Under the pieces are notes generated by a model, which had not been told where the DNA came from, made no database searches, and saw only the letters and a list, made by a program, of their open reading frames with translations. The position numbers were made by a program, and so were the translations under genes. Below, piece by piece: positions 26,363-41,868 of a DNA stretch of 64,000 nucleotides. The stretch spans positions 7,814,001 to 7,878,000 of the forward strand of contig CM097885.1 of assembly GCA_044892525.1 (NCBI GenBank), read 5' to 3'. Every line of letters starts with the position of its first letter. Positions within the stretch are counted from its first letter, which is position 1. The stretch is from Schmidtea polychroa (lineage: Eukaryota).

Positions 26363-29149
26363 ATTATAAGGTATGCATGTTGTGTAGATATGCTCTGCTT
26401 GTATGTTTTTACTCACATACTTTTTTCGGTCATTTTAATTTGGAGAATATTGATCTACCTCAGCTGTTTGCATCGAATAATAACATCCATAATACAGGTT
26501 GCTGTGTAAATCAACTACACGAATCATCATTTTTATTATTATTTCTTTTAATCTATAAAGGTGTAAAAACCATTTTAACACTTGAATTTATATTTCATAT
26601 AAATATAAAATCATTTTTAATTTTATACAAAATTTCAATTATAATTTATTGATTTAAAATTTGGGATTATTTCGATTTAAATTGAGTTAGATATATTTTA
26701 AATTATTAGCAAAACAAAAATAATTACCAAAGAAATTTAAGAAAATAATTACGAACATTAACAAAATAGTTTTTAGGTTTTAATAATCTTCTTTTTTAAG
26801 CTTAATCTCCAGAGCCTCGTTGACAACATCGAACCTGTTTGGGCAGGACATTAAATTATACATATTTGCACTTGTCATCGTCTTCCTTAAGCTGCATTTG
26901 ATTACACGCTTTGTTTATTGCCACCTCTCTTTACTTTTGATATTTCACGAAATTCTTTGCATTTGTAAATTAGGGCTTTGACTGTTTTTTTGAGGTTTCC
27001 TAAAACTTTTATATAATTAAAATAATCTTCTCCAGATTCCATGGCGTTGATGATTTTTAATAATTTATGCTTTACTACGTGATAAGATGAAATTGGGATA
27101 CAAACGAATTGTTGAATCCAGCCATATTATGCAAATTTTGAGAAAGTATATCAGAATGGTTACAAAACCGTATTCCAGGAAGTCGTTAGTAAGATCATTT
27201 TCATTCTTGATCAGTGTCTTTGACGCAAAGTTCAATATTTATAAGCAAGTAGCTAAATCTTGTTCCTCATTAATAAAGTAGAGAAAACTGAAATTCCCAA
27301 CGGGGGAATATTAGTTTAAAGAGAGTGGAGAAATGCATAATTTTTAAGCAATGTCATGTCTTTAAAGTTGAATAAAATGAAACTCAATAAAGACATTCGC
27401 GAAATTCGCGCTTGCAACAACCATAAAATAATGAAGTACAAGTAATTGACAACATATTTTCTTGAAATTATATACTTCGTTATTCCATGTTTTTCAGTAA
27501 TCAGTTTACTTTTTAATGAATTAAAACAATCTTTTCCAAGTGTACAACTAAAAATAACCGATATAATATTTCAGAAAAGATTGTGAATATATAATCTATA
27601 TATTTATTTAATATAAAATAATTAATTTGTTTTAAAATCACTCAAAATCACTGTGTGTAATATTGAATTATTGGCGTAGTTGTAAATTGGTAATCAGTTG
27701 CGTTGGTTAATAAAAATGTACGTAAATTGTCTGGAATTCATTATTGTTGTCAAACAAAACACGTTTTGAAGTCAGATAAATAATTGTTGAATTTCACATT
27801 TCACTGACAACCCCAACGACATAGAGAAATATTTTATGAAATGATTTTAAAATTATTATTTAAAAATAAAATGAACATTTTCTTGTGAATTTCAAAATTC
27901 AACACAAAAATATATTTCTTCCACAATGAGAATATGTTCAGCAATTATCTCTAAATCTATCTCTTTAATATAACCAAATTATCCATAATAATAATAAATT
28001 GTAATAATAATTATGGGCAAATTGATGTTCAATTTCGAGCGATTTCATTGGCGGAAAATTCATCACTAGAGTCGACTTTAACATTTTCAATAGAAATAAA
28101 GGAAAATCACGCATTTTTATCTTTGGGGAAATTTTTATCAAGCTTTATCAAAATCAGGTAAAATTTTATATTTATTTGCATATTGTTTTTATTTAAACAA
28201 TTTAAATATTTTTTATTATATATTTAAAGTATTCATTTATTACATTCACTAAATATCATATAATTTGTCTGATATATACTACGATAACTACGATAACCTT
28301 TATACTTTATCAGTGATATAAACTCATAACAAACTATTTGTCATGGGAGATAGTGATACTGTTTACTAAAAGGGTTCAAGTTGGTTTTTGAATTTAATAA
28401 TAAAATATATTGTGACTATTACAGTATTTTGCTCTACCTACTCTGCCTTAAAGTAATATTACTCAAAAATATCACACAAAAACACAGAAATTTAGCAGAT
28501 TGCATACAAAAATATATATATTATTTATAGACAATTAAAGAAATTTTTAAAAGAATTTATAAATGACTGTAAACGGTAAATCGTTTCGTTAAAATTAAAC
28601 TTTAACAACTTTGCATATATGTATATTTATATATAAACTAGCTAAGTACATGTTAAAAAATTGTCAAATATTTATGTTAGAAAATTGATTTCGGATGATT
28701 TTGTGTCATTTATAAAAATTTCAACTAGTCAATTTCAAATGAGTTCAATTTACAATATGCAATCCAAATGTCGCTTAATAATAACATTTCTTAAAATAAA
28801 GTGAAGTAATTTTATTTTGTTCAATTAAAGGATATTTATTTGCCTATGATTGAGTAATTGACCGTAAACAATTTAAAGATTTTATATTTATTTTAATGAA
28901 TAATCCAAAATATATCCAGGGAACATTAACAACTGGTGTAATGTGCCTAATTACTAATTTGAGATTGTAAAGGCGTGGCAAACTTATCCATATTGAAAAA
29001 TGACTCTAAAAAATTGCTTTGCCTATGATGAGCATTTGTCAACATTTTTAATAATAATAACAATAATAGTACTGTTTAAGAGTCATTTTTAAATTTTTAT
29101 ATTATATTTTGGGTAAATGTTTGTTTAAAATGATATGAAATTATCATAA

Positions 29150-29271
<122 letters not shown>

Positions 29272-29419
29272 CATTATTTTATTTATTAAAAAGCTTGACT
29301 AATAGTCAGTAAATATATCGATATTTTTGATATTCATGAATTTTCAACAATGTGTTTTTGAAATAAATACAATGTCAATGGAAAAGAAATCAGTGGTGAA
29401 ATTGGAAAATTAGTTTTTA

Positions 29420-29554
<135 letters not shown>

Positions 29555-30932
29555 CACTAAATTTAATTATTATTTCAATTATAATTACCTATATAATTTA
29601 AATTAAAGAAATAGGAAATATTGTTAATTAAACAAGTATCATGTGTTTTTCATTTTTCATTTTAATTAATTGCTGATCATGGGAACGTAAAAAGTGATAT
29701 ATTTAGCGAATTCAATTCATATGGTGATACTGTCAAGAAAATTAGCAAATTCAAACAAAAAATTACATTTAATGGCAATTAGATAACAAGAAATTTAGTT
29801 TTTTCTTTGAACTCTAATTTCAAAATCAATATAATTAATTAAAAAATTGTTTTCAATGAAAATTCCACTAAACCTTCTTCTAATAATTCTTAAACTAAAT
29901 AATTCGATTAATTAAAACAAAAAATAATTCGTTCTCATATCAATTTTCTAGTACCTGTATCGATCAGCAATAATTTGCGAACGATACTTTCATGGAAACG
30001 AAAACCAAGAAATGCATAAAGAACCGTCATTGAGCATGGTTTCAATGTCACTGTTCGTGACTCGATGGAAATTTTTTCATTGGGTTTTAGGGAAATAATT
30101 TTCATTCTATAATTTCTCCTTTTTAATTAAATATTTTAATCACGTAAACTAAAACGGTTTTTATTCGCATTTAACTCGTCGGCATCACAGTAGTTGATGA
30201 TTGAAAACAGAATCATTGGACCATGGGGAACTGACATTTCCCATATAAATATGTGGAGGGGAGAAAAAAATAGCGTCCTCCTAGAATTGTTTTGTTCATT
30301 TAAAACATGACAATAAAAACATATCTAGCTCATTTCATGATGTTATAAAACATGAAAATTTACATAATAAAGATGTAATAATGATTATATTTGACTCCAT
30401 TATGCAAAATTTAATTTAAATTTAATTGCTCAAAAGAATATTTTTCTTATTCTAAACTTTGATATGTAATAATGTGAAATAAAAATAAAATTTGATTTAT
30501 AATATTACCAAAATAGTTTAAAAATTTTCATTCATCAACTTTGATGGACAATGCAACTTTAAGCCATTGCCAGTGACGAGTTCACCATAATGGGTATAAT
30601 GAAGCAACATAAGGCCCGCGGGTCTCTTATTTATATCTAAATTTCAACAATACAATACAATACAATATTAAAACACTAATGCAGATTAAAAAATAATAAG
30701 TGAAACAAACACTCTTTTTTAATGAAAAATACATTTACAAACTGAAATGACATATTTAAAACATCTTAAAACAAAAATATACATATGCTTAATAAAAATC
30801 GAGTCTAATGAGAATAGTTAATCCCTTTTCTTCGTTGATAATGATTTTTAGACCAGGTGTAAATCCGCTGGTATGAATTGTCAAAAGGGATTTAAGATGG
30901 GAATCACTCAAATGGAATCTATAGATTTAATA

Positions 30933-31182
30933 CAGCCATGGCCAACCGGTAGCCCGCGAAGCGTTTTGATGTGGCCCGGAATCAATTTTACACATCAAAT
31001 CAATAATTGTCTTTTTTAGAATTCATATTCGAATTAAGCATGTTTTTAATTTTAAAAATTGATTCTAATTTTACTTGAATTGTTAAAAACGAGTTATATT
31101 TATTTAAATGAATTTATTGTGGCCCGTGATAGTATTTTTCCGAAAATTTGGCCCTTCGATTGATTTGAGTTGGCCACCACTG
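30933..31182. mobile_element. hAT-type MITE
   Basis: TIRs CAGCCATGGCCAAC / GTTGGCCACCACTG, GGCCC subterminal motifs, 8-bp TSD ATTTAATA / GTTTAATA (7/8). Confidence 0.75.
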
Positions 31183-31192
31183 GTTTAATATA

Positions 31193-31389
31193 TCGTATTA
31201 GCCCGAATATAGAAAAAAATACTCATAAAAAAATTAAAATTAAGGGAAATTCAATCAGATAAGCGTTTGGTTAGGTAATTAAAAGTAATACATAGGTTAT
31301 ATTCATGACAATAAATTTGATTAATTTAAACCAAAATTTAATAAAAATAAAATGTTAAAAATTGTCGCGTTATATTCGGGTTAATACGG
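31193..31389. mobile_element. Tc1/mariner (pogo-like) MITE
   Basis: TIRs TCGTATTAGCCCGAATATA / TATATTCGGGTTAATACGG flanked by TA on both sides. Confidence 0.7.
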
Positions 31390-32316
31390 TAATTCATTTT
31401 TAGAAAAGATTTTTTCACACAAGTAATTAATGTCAAAAATGAAAAAGAATTTTGAAAGTCTGACTGTAAAAATATTTGAAAGTTACCTTTTAAACTGCTA
31501 GTAATTGTTTCCTAAGGAAATTCTGGCATGACCGTTTCTATTTCGCAGCTAGAAGAATTTTGAAAATTTCTAATGATCATTTCTGATGTGATCAAGATCA
31601 AAAAATCATGATTCGAAATTATTTTTAAGCTCATCCAAATATGTTAATGTAAATTTAATGGGAAACGAAGACTGTTGTTTTGTCTAAATGATCATATTTG
31701 GATGTAAATATCAGAAATAAGTTGTTTTGCTCCCTGTAACTTTACATTAAGATCATTCATATGTTTGGTCAAATCATTGGCTTCCACACCCATTTATTAT
31801 TTGTGTACTAAGTTACATGTTTTTTATTCTCTCCATTGGTCTATTTAGTCTCCATTGGTCTTTAAATGCTCTGCATTACCTGTCAATCTTTCTTTTTATC
31901 TCAACATATCAAAAAATAATTCAATATAGAAATAATTTGATAAAGAAATAACATGAAATATACGTACAACATATAAACCAAAGAGTAATTTACTTGATAG
32001 AAAAACAAGAAAAAAATTTGTAAAATTTTTAACAACTTTCAATAAAAAATAAAAAATTGTGCTTAATATCGGATTGAAGCCCCTGATAATTAAAATATTT
32101 CCTTATCTGACCCACAACCTAAATCTGTTGGAGAACTCTGAACTTGGATAAAATAAATTTCATTTAAAAATAAAAATTTCAGAAATTTCAAATAATTAAA
32201 ATCTTCAAATTGTATTAATCAAAAATATGAATTAAAATATAATTAGACAATTAATTAAAAATATTTGCTAAATACCAGTGAATTAAACATGAGTATAACG
32301 TACTTATTTATATAAA

Positions 32317-32545
<229 letters not shown>

Positions 32546-32946
32546 ACTTGTATATTTAATATTTGGGATGATGTTGTTGTTTGTAAAAATCTTTTCTATA
32601 AAATCAATTTTTAATTTTTAATTTTTAAATTTAAATTAATTTTTTATATTAATTTTGAAAAAGATTTTTTGTATGAGAATGTTAACAATTTTTGTGCGTT
32701 TTTAAAATTAAAATAAGTTTTACATGAAGAAGACTGTTAAACGGTCGAAACATACAGCAATGTTATATTTTAATAGACTTAGTTGGCGATTTTCTATTAT
32801 AAAAACGTTGCCTTCGTTCTTTTATTATTATTATTCACTTGAAAAGGCAGTGCCGAAAATTTGTTAGTATAAACAAACATCGATATATTACAGATTTATT
32901 GTCTTCAAACTCTCTTTTCAATTATTATTATTATTATTATTATTAA

Positions 32947-33035
<89 letters not shown>

Positions 33036-33568
33036 GTAGTAGTAGTAGTATAAAGTGATGATTTCTTGGTAGTAGCATTTATTATTTAAAACTATAAAAT
33101 GAAATCATAATTTAAGCGTTTTGCCGCAAATAATGTATTTAATGAAAAAATTTTCGACTATAAGTCCTTGTCAATCTCCTGGAATTTAGCAACGTTCTTC
33201 GCAAAAATACCTTTCAATCTTTCTTTTATTTCCTTTCTCTTAATTCGCATTGGTTATAAATATAATATATACTTTAGTTTTATGAATTTCTTTATTAAAA
33301 TTTTTTTTTAAATTTTATTGAAAATTAAAATTAAAAATAAAATAAAATAAATACCATTTAAAATTCCAAAATGATACAAACTAAAAATTTTTAAATTTTT
33401 TGATACAGTTTCTAATATTATCTTCTAGAAGCCTAATAAAATATTTCGAAATATTTTAAAATAAAGCCTCCAATAACTACTTATATATGTAATTTAAATA
33501 TTTTGATTTTTAAATCCTATTTTTTGAAAGTATATTTCCTAAAATTTTCTTAACTTATCATTTTATTG

Positions 33569-33632
<64 letters not shown>

Positions 33633-35673
33633 TTTATTTTATTTAAATAAGTACAATAATAAATATTCCTTTATGATTTATCAATTTTAACTATGATTTC
33701 TATAACGATAGTTGTAAAAATTAGTTATAGGTCAACATATTTTATTAATTTTAAAAATAATATTTAAAAAATGTCAATCATTTCTGTAAAAAATTATCTA
33801 ATAAAATATAAAAATATTGATTTTCTCCTTTGTTTTATATTTCTTTGCAAACTCTGAAACGCAACAGATGTTAACGATAAACCACTACTAAAACAAGAAT
33901 TTATTCATTCATCAAAACAAATGATTAAAGAACAAAATTATTTCAATATTTTCTTGTATCACAACCGGATTCATTATTTGACTATATTTTTCAATATTTC
34001 TTCACGAAATCAACAATCGCATGTTTTTATTTTTATTTTATCACTCTAAATGGAGTTTGAATTTGTATCATATTTTTACAGTTTTCTTTATTTATTTTGC
34101 AGAATAATGTGAATTTTTGAAAAAAGACGTTTATGAATTTTTATTTTTATTTTTAATTATCAAATGAATTTTTCAAATCGGTAAAAACAGGCAAAAAAGC
34201 AAAATATCAAAACTTAGCTTTTCCGCTACAACGTGACTTATAATCTTGTTTTCAATATTTTAAGGATACCAGTTCGTCTTTTTTTCATTAAATAGCAGAT
34301 GTCAAACAATGGAGTAGCATAGCAATCACCATTTTGAGGTCCTAAGCTAATATGAGACTTAGAGTGAAACATTTACACATAAAATTGTTTTTTAATTATC
34401 AAATTCTGAAAGCATGAAAATATTTATTTTGAGAGTGATTCACTATTTGAAAAAAACATACTATAAGTGTGATTGCTTCTGAATAGGTTAGAAAGAAACT
34501 ATAAAATATATTTTATAATAAATATAAAATGTAATATTATTTTAGTTTAAAAATAAAAAAAACCTAGTTTAAAATTGTATTTTATTTCTTATGCAAACAG
34601 AATCATTAAATTTATTTCCAATTATTATAATCAATTTATAACGTATTTCATTCATTCAAAATGTCACTGTTAAATAGTGAGTACTACATAACGAAACAGT
34701 TGATATTTACAATACTTTTGATTATCTATTTTTAGTCATTACTTTGAAATCGTAATTTAAATTTTTCAAAACTTTTTTATTTAAATTTTTTTTCTAATAA
34801 AATTATTTTTCTTTAAATATTCTTAATATAATTTAATATACATTGATTTTGTAACTTTAATTTTTGTATTCATGACAAACTCCTTTCTGTCATTTCCGTC
34901 AGAAATATCCATAATACATAAACCGAAAAATATTTATTATACATTATTTCCAGTTCGAAAGCTCTAAACGATTCGAATACTTTTGTAAACAGATTTTAAA
35001 TATTTGCCTTGATTTCATTGTTTGTTCTTCTAAAGTAAATTTTTATTCAACAAATTCCCGTGCTGGGTTTGAAAGGAAAGTTTTCCTAAAAATTTACAAT
35101 GTGGGCTTTTTTTTCTGTTATTTTTACAATTAAGCTCATTGATGAATTTGTTGAAATAGTGGCAATTCTGTTTTTGCAATTACCCAACTTTCTCAGAATA
35201 ATGATATAATTAATGCGCAGTAGACTATCTAATAGGGTAGCGAGTTAATTAATTAAAGGATTAAGTGAAAATTTGAAATTAATTTATATTATTTTAAACA
35301 AGATTACGAAATTCTTTGAATATTTATTAGCAGTAAATATTTTGCGGTTCATTATGAATTTATCCACTTTATGCAAACTTTATATCGCTTTTCGAATTCT
35401 TTATTATTATTATTATTTTATTATTATAAAATAATATTTATTAAATAAAATATAAACATGATCAAAAATCGAAGGTCTATTTCAACTGCTTACATATTGC
35501 ATGTGTTGTTATTTGATACAGATCATTTATACACATGCATACCTAATTTATATGGTAAACTGTCATAGAATGAATACTTTATAATACAATCCCACTTTAT
35601 TTTCGTCATACATCGATGTCATAATAACTTGGTTAGATAATTAAATTAGTATAGACTATTATAGCCATTCCTA

Positions 35674-35784
<111 letters not shown>

Positions 35785-37859
35785 ATTATTGAAATTTGTT
35801 ACATGTATATGATTAATAAAATATTTAAGTTTAATACTACATGTGGAAACATGCTGCTATTTTTAATAAGGTGATCAGAGAGGAATTATAATTTATGGGT
35901 AGTTCATTTGTAATTTGTTAAATAAAGAATTTTTACTTTGTATTAAAAATATTTTTATTATTATAATTTATGTGGAAAATAATCAAACGTATTTTTAAAT
36001 ATTTATTTGGGATCAAATGTTAAATTACCATTTAATAATTTTTCACTTAACAATTACGCAACGTATTTTACAATATATTACTGTAATGTTTTAGTTAGTT
36101 TTGTTTATATACATTAAAAGAACTGGATGAAGGAATCTAAACTATAGTAAATATCAGTGGGTGACATTAGATTGCAGCCTATAACAGAAAACAAAACCCG
36201 AATCAAGAAACATGATTTGAAAAAGAAATGAAAAAAATAGAATTAAAACAAAATAAAATAAGAAAAGCAACTAAATCGAATCTACTGATCATCGAAACAA
36301 AAACACTAGTCAAGTGAATTGTAATAAACATGATATTCCTTCCGAATTGTTGCAATAAGCACTCAAGCCATTGTTAAAATTTAGAATTATTGATGTCACT
36401 GTAAATTAATAAACAATTGTGTTAATCAATAAAAGACAATATTGTCTGGAGTTCGTTAATGTTGTTAAACAACGAAGTCTTTGGAGTCAGATAAATAATT
36501 AAAAATATTTTATTTTACCGACACAGCTATATATATATATATATATATATATAATTATTTATAATGTCCACAATTCCAATTAGTCATTTCTATGAAAAAT
36601 CAAAAATGATTTCAATAAAACTTTGACTCAAATATCCAAATATGTAGTTTTTCAAAAGGATTCCATAAAAATTAATAAAGTGAAACTTTCCGGAAATTTT
36701 TATTTTTCAATCTCATTTAAAGGGAAAAGACAGTTAGAAAAATTCCTGTTCTGAATTCGAGATGAACTTTTAACAAAAAGAAAATAATTTATTTACTGCA
36801 TTAAAACAAAAATTAAATATTGAATTTCTGAAAAAGTTTTCAAAACGAGATAAAATCATTTTAACAAACTGGGCAAACCATTCAAGATCTTGATAATGGC
36901 TCAATAAATTCCAGCTCCATTTTTCATTTTTTGTTCCTTTATATTTTCCTTAATTACAATTCAAAATATTTGGATAAGCGGCTTTTTATGTTTATTAATT
37001 TTCATTTAAACAAAAAAAAACATTTTCAATATATTTAGTTGATAATTAATTTTCATTATCACAATAAATCAAACATTTATTTTCCTATTTTTGATAATAA
37101 AGATTTTTGAAATATTAAAAGAAAACAGATCAAAAGTGAAAATAATTATAAATGATTTTATTAATAAATACTTTTTAATATCTTTTTAACGTTTATTGTA
37201 TTTACTTAATCAATCGTAATTTATTTTATTGAATAGAAATTGAGAATTTATAATATTTTTAATTACTTTTTTCAATAAGATTACCCTTTAATTATTCCTT
37301 TAGAGAATGTTCAGCAAAGATCCGAAAATGAACTCTTTGGCATCAGTAAAAATGTAACATGAAAAGTAAACATAAATCAGTAAAAATATCATGAAACAAG
37401 AAATTTGAAAAATTGAAATAAATATTTGACAGATTAAAACAATAAACATTTTTTAAGCTCTATTCTCAATTTTACTTAAAGGAAAAAAATCCCGTTTAGA
37501 AAGTTAAAAACTGAATTTCAAAAATTATGAAAAAGAAAAGAGCAAGATTTCTAAAAATAAAAATTTGCTTGTAGTGATCTATGCAAATGCATTAAGTTAA
37601 TATAATTGAATAGTTTCCCAAATATGAGATTATATAAAATATAATTTAACATGATTAGTAAAGTAGATAATTTAAACAAAAGTCGCACTGCGGCCATTAT
37701 TATAAATTGATTTATCACTTACAATTTATTAGCAATAAAACATAATTGCTCTCGATAATCAATTTAATAAATCTTAGAGCAGTAAAACAAACATAAAACA
37801 ATTAAGATACTCACATATGATTTATGTGTCTACATATTATAATAATAATAATAATAATA

Positions 37860-37891
<32 letters not shown>

Positions 37892-38169
37892 ATTTGAAAT
37901 TAAATTTAATGTAAAACTCGAAATAAAAGAAATAAAAAATGTTTAAAATTTATAAAGCTTTTATAATTATTTTTTAATCTTATAATAAAAAATATCTTTA
38001 TATATACAATTTAAATATTTTAAAGATAATTTTATCTTGATTTTCATTTCTAATAATTCCTGAATGTTTTCTCACTTAAAATTTGATATAATTATATTTT
38101 ACAATTAAAAAAAATTATTTAAAAGAAGCCTCAATACCAAACCTCAATGCTGTTAAGCAACCATAATTT

Positions 38170-38324
<155 letters not shown>

Positions 38325-40642
38325 AAGCAAAAAACTTTAAAAAAATGAGGAAAAATAAATTTTATCAAGTTCAACGTCAACCAAATCTAACACTGAAATT
38401 AAAACAAACTGATCATCCTCCGAGTCAATATTGAATAATTACATTGGCAAATTTATCTCCCTGATCCTCTGTTTGAATTTCTTCTGACTTTAAATGACAA
38501 TTTCAGATTGAATTTATTGCCGAATGTTACAATTAAAAATCAGGAAAATTCTTGGAAAATCTCATTCAAACAAACAATGAACGTAATCAGTTCAACATCA
38601 TTAATCAATTACGATTTATTTAAAACAAGAAATTATAAATAGAAATCCATAAAAACACGGAAGGTAATACGACAATACAAACATAAAACTTTCCAATGTA
38701 ATAAAATAATAAGTAAAAAATTTTTCTTTAATTAAACGTATTAGTTAGAGTGTAATGTGAGTGACATTTATTATGTTTGGGAAGGGGGAGGGTAATGCAG
38801 TCCATTATTTCATAATTAATTTATTAACAGAGGGAAATATTAACTTATTTATTCTTTATTCATTATAATTCATTTAGTTTGTCCTGTTATTACAAATTTA
38901 TTTCAATTTATTTCAATCGGTAATCATGAATAATATTGAAGAAATCTTCACTCTTTACATTCCACATACAAATCTCCATTCGAGAATCACTTGTCTCTCA
39001 AAAAGTTTCAAGTTGAAAATAGTGCAGTTGACCTAGAACTGACAAACGAAATAATATCTACAAATGCCACGTTGTTACTCTCCACCGTTTGGGTGGAGGT
39101 CTTGCGACATATAAACAAACACATATTGGAATTCCATTAAAATGCACAAATAAAGTTTAAACGGCAAAAATATCAAATGCCAAGCAGGTAAAACTCAAAA
39201 ATTTAAATTAAGAGTAAAATTAATATAAAAATAAATTAAAATCAAAAATCAATATTTTTCGGGGAAAAGGTATGGATGGGTAACAAATAAAAGTGTGAAG
39301 ATGAATATATTAATTAAAAATCACCAGGTAAATGCATTACAAAAATAAAACTAATTAATTAATTATTCAATAATTTGGTTGATAATCACAAATGTGGAAA
39401 GTGTAGTGGTGATCTCAAAAGTGGATAATTAGAATTTTCTAGAGTTTGGAACCACTATTGATAGATGATAGCCTAATTCAGATTAATAATGCACTGCTTT
39501 TAGGTAACCAATGTTAGGAGATTATCAGATTGTTTGGATCGGTAATTAACGGCTCTAATGAATCGGTATTGTTGAACAGATTATGTTGGCATTTTGGGAT
39601 TTAGCAAACAATTAACTATTATACCAAAATTAGGTCAGCAACAAAATAATTATAATGAGACTAAAATCTTTAAAGATTCCAAAGAAATTATTGTCAAATA
39701 AAATTATAAAGATTAAGTTAGATAAAAATAGTTATTTCTTCCCAAGGTATCAATCATTTTAAATATCTCTTGAGCATTTTACCCTTGGAAAATATACTAA
39801 AATTTAGCAAGTGTATATTTACTGCACAATTTTGTAACTTGATATAAACATTGTCATTTATTTTGTTCTAATTTATATTGATCAAAGGCACGCACGGAGT
39901 CAGTGCAAAATCAAATCCTACCAAAACAATTATATAAGCAAACAGATGTAATTTCTGTTTTTATATTATAAATTTATTTAAAGCATGAATGTTTTTTCTT
40001 GGTAAATATATATAAAACCCATTTTTATCATTACTTTTAATAATTTTGGTATTCCGGGTTCGTCAGTCTTCTTTGCTCATGATTTCAGATAAACCAATTA
40101 TACCTCAACGATACGTAAGTCATAACATTTATTTCCTCAAACAATTATTCTTACAAATCCATTCGCCTTTCTACTTCTGTAGAAACCAGCCTACAACGAA
40201 TATCATTTACTATAACATAAATCCCATTGTTTTTAGATCTTAATTTATTTAACTTTAAAATCAGTTTTTTTAATTATCAATTAAATTTAAGTTGTGAATT
40301 TTTTTTAAATGTATATAAATTTTAACTTTACAAAAAACAGTTATATTCAAATAAACTAAGAAATATGAAGTAAAATAAATTTATTAAATTAATTTTTTGT
40401 ATAATTTTCCAGTGTCAATTTCAAACATTTATCTTCTTCTACCATTTAAAATATGGGCAAAGTCACTTATTTATACAATAATTCCCAAATCTTAATAACG
40501 TGCTAAATTCTTTAATTTCGTCAGCTTACAATAATCTAGAAATAAGCTTTATTGTCCGTCTGTCAATTGTGAAATCAAATCATATCCTAAATAATACACT
40601 TTCAATGAAATTTTAATTAATGAAATTGACAAGACCTTTCAA

Positions 40643-40753
<111 letters not shown>

Positions 40754-40935
40754 CATTTTTAATATTGTATTTATTAAAAAGCTTGACTATGAATCAATAA
40801 ATATATCGATGTTTTTTTATATCTTTACTGATTCATAGTCAAACCTTTTAATAAATAATATGTCAATTGAAAAAAAATCAGTGGTGAAAATTGAGAAAGT
40901 TCTTATAATATTAATATTATTATTCTTATTATTAA

Positions 40936-41010
<75 letters not shown>

Positions 41011-41049
41011 TAAAATAAACAGTACAAGCTTTGTGATACCCAGTGCAAA

Positions 41050-41102
41050 TCCCAATAGTAGACTAGTTTCGAGCTTTTGGCTCTCATCAGTACTATGCGG
41101 GA
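41050..41102 (-). ncRNA. Type I hammerhead ribozyme, copy 1
   Basis: Minus strand: UCCC-GC-AUAGUA CUGAUGA GAGC-CAAAA-GCUC GAAA CUAG UC^ UACUAU-U-GGGA. Full catalytic core, stems I and II, palindromic mini stem III (ACUAGU), GUC cleavage between 41061 and 41060. Confidence 0.93.
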
Positions 41103-41432
41103 GACACGAAGATTTCTCTTCGCGCCAGGTAAGTATACAATATTGTTGATTCAACTCTATTGCATACTTTCCCCGGTACACTGGAAATCACATCGCTTGC
41201 AAAATAGCTTGGTCACAGAAAAAAAAAATTCTGTAAACTTGTAAACATGGCGTATGAAAAATCATAATCACCTCTGCGGACTAAAAAATTAGTCGATACA
41301 CAGAAACTGTTTACAAGTGCATCCGATTACCTTTAGCATTTTTGACTTTCAAAGTAATGGTGTAAAATATTTTTGTCGGATGTCTCACTTGAATAAAATA
41401 AACAGTACAAGCTTTGTGATACCCAGTGCAAA

Positions 41433-41485
41433 TCCCAATAGTAGACTAGTTTCGAGCTTTTGGCTCTCATCAGTACTATGCGGGA
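41433..41485 (-). ncRNA. Type I hammerhead ribozyme, copy 2
   Basis: Identical to copy 1, offset +383. Confidence 0.93.
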
Positions 41486-41815
41486 GACACGAAGATTTCT
41501 CTTCGCGCCAGGTAAGTATACAATATTGTTGATTCAACTCTATTGCATACTTTCCCCGGTACACTGGAAATCACATCGCTTGCAAAATAGCTTGGTCACA
41601 GAAAAAAAAAATTCTGTAAACTTGTAAACATGGCGTATGAAAAATCATAATCACCTCTGCGGACTAAAAAATTAGTCGATACACAGAAACTGTTTACAAG
41701 TGCATCCGATTACCTTTAGCATTTTTGACTTTCAAAGTAATGGTGTAAAATATTTTTGTCGGATGTCTCACTTGAATAAAATAAACAGTACAAGCTTTGT
41801 GATACCCAGTGCAAA

Positions 41816-41868
41816 TCCCAATAGTAGACTAGTTTCGAGCTTTTGGCTCTCATCAGTACTATGCGGGA
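41816..41868 (-). ncRNA. Type I hammerhead ribozyme, copy 3
   Basis: Identical to copy 1, offset +766. Confidence 0.93.

Noticed and set aside
41124..41136. CAGGTAAGTA in the 383-bp unit, suggesting a spliced-leader RNA gene array
   Set aside because: No recognisable leader or Sm-site arrangement; the opposite-strand hammerhead explains the repeat better.
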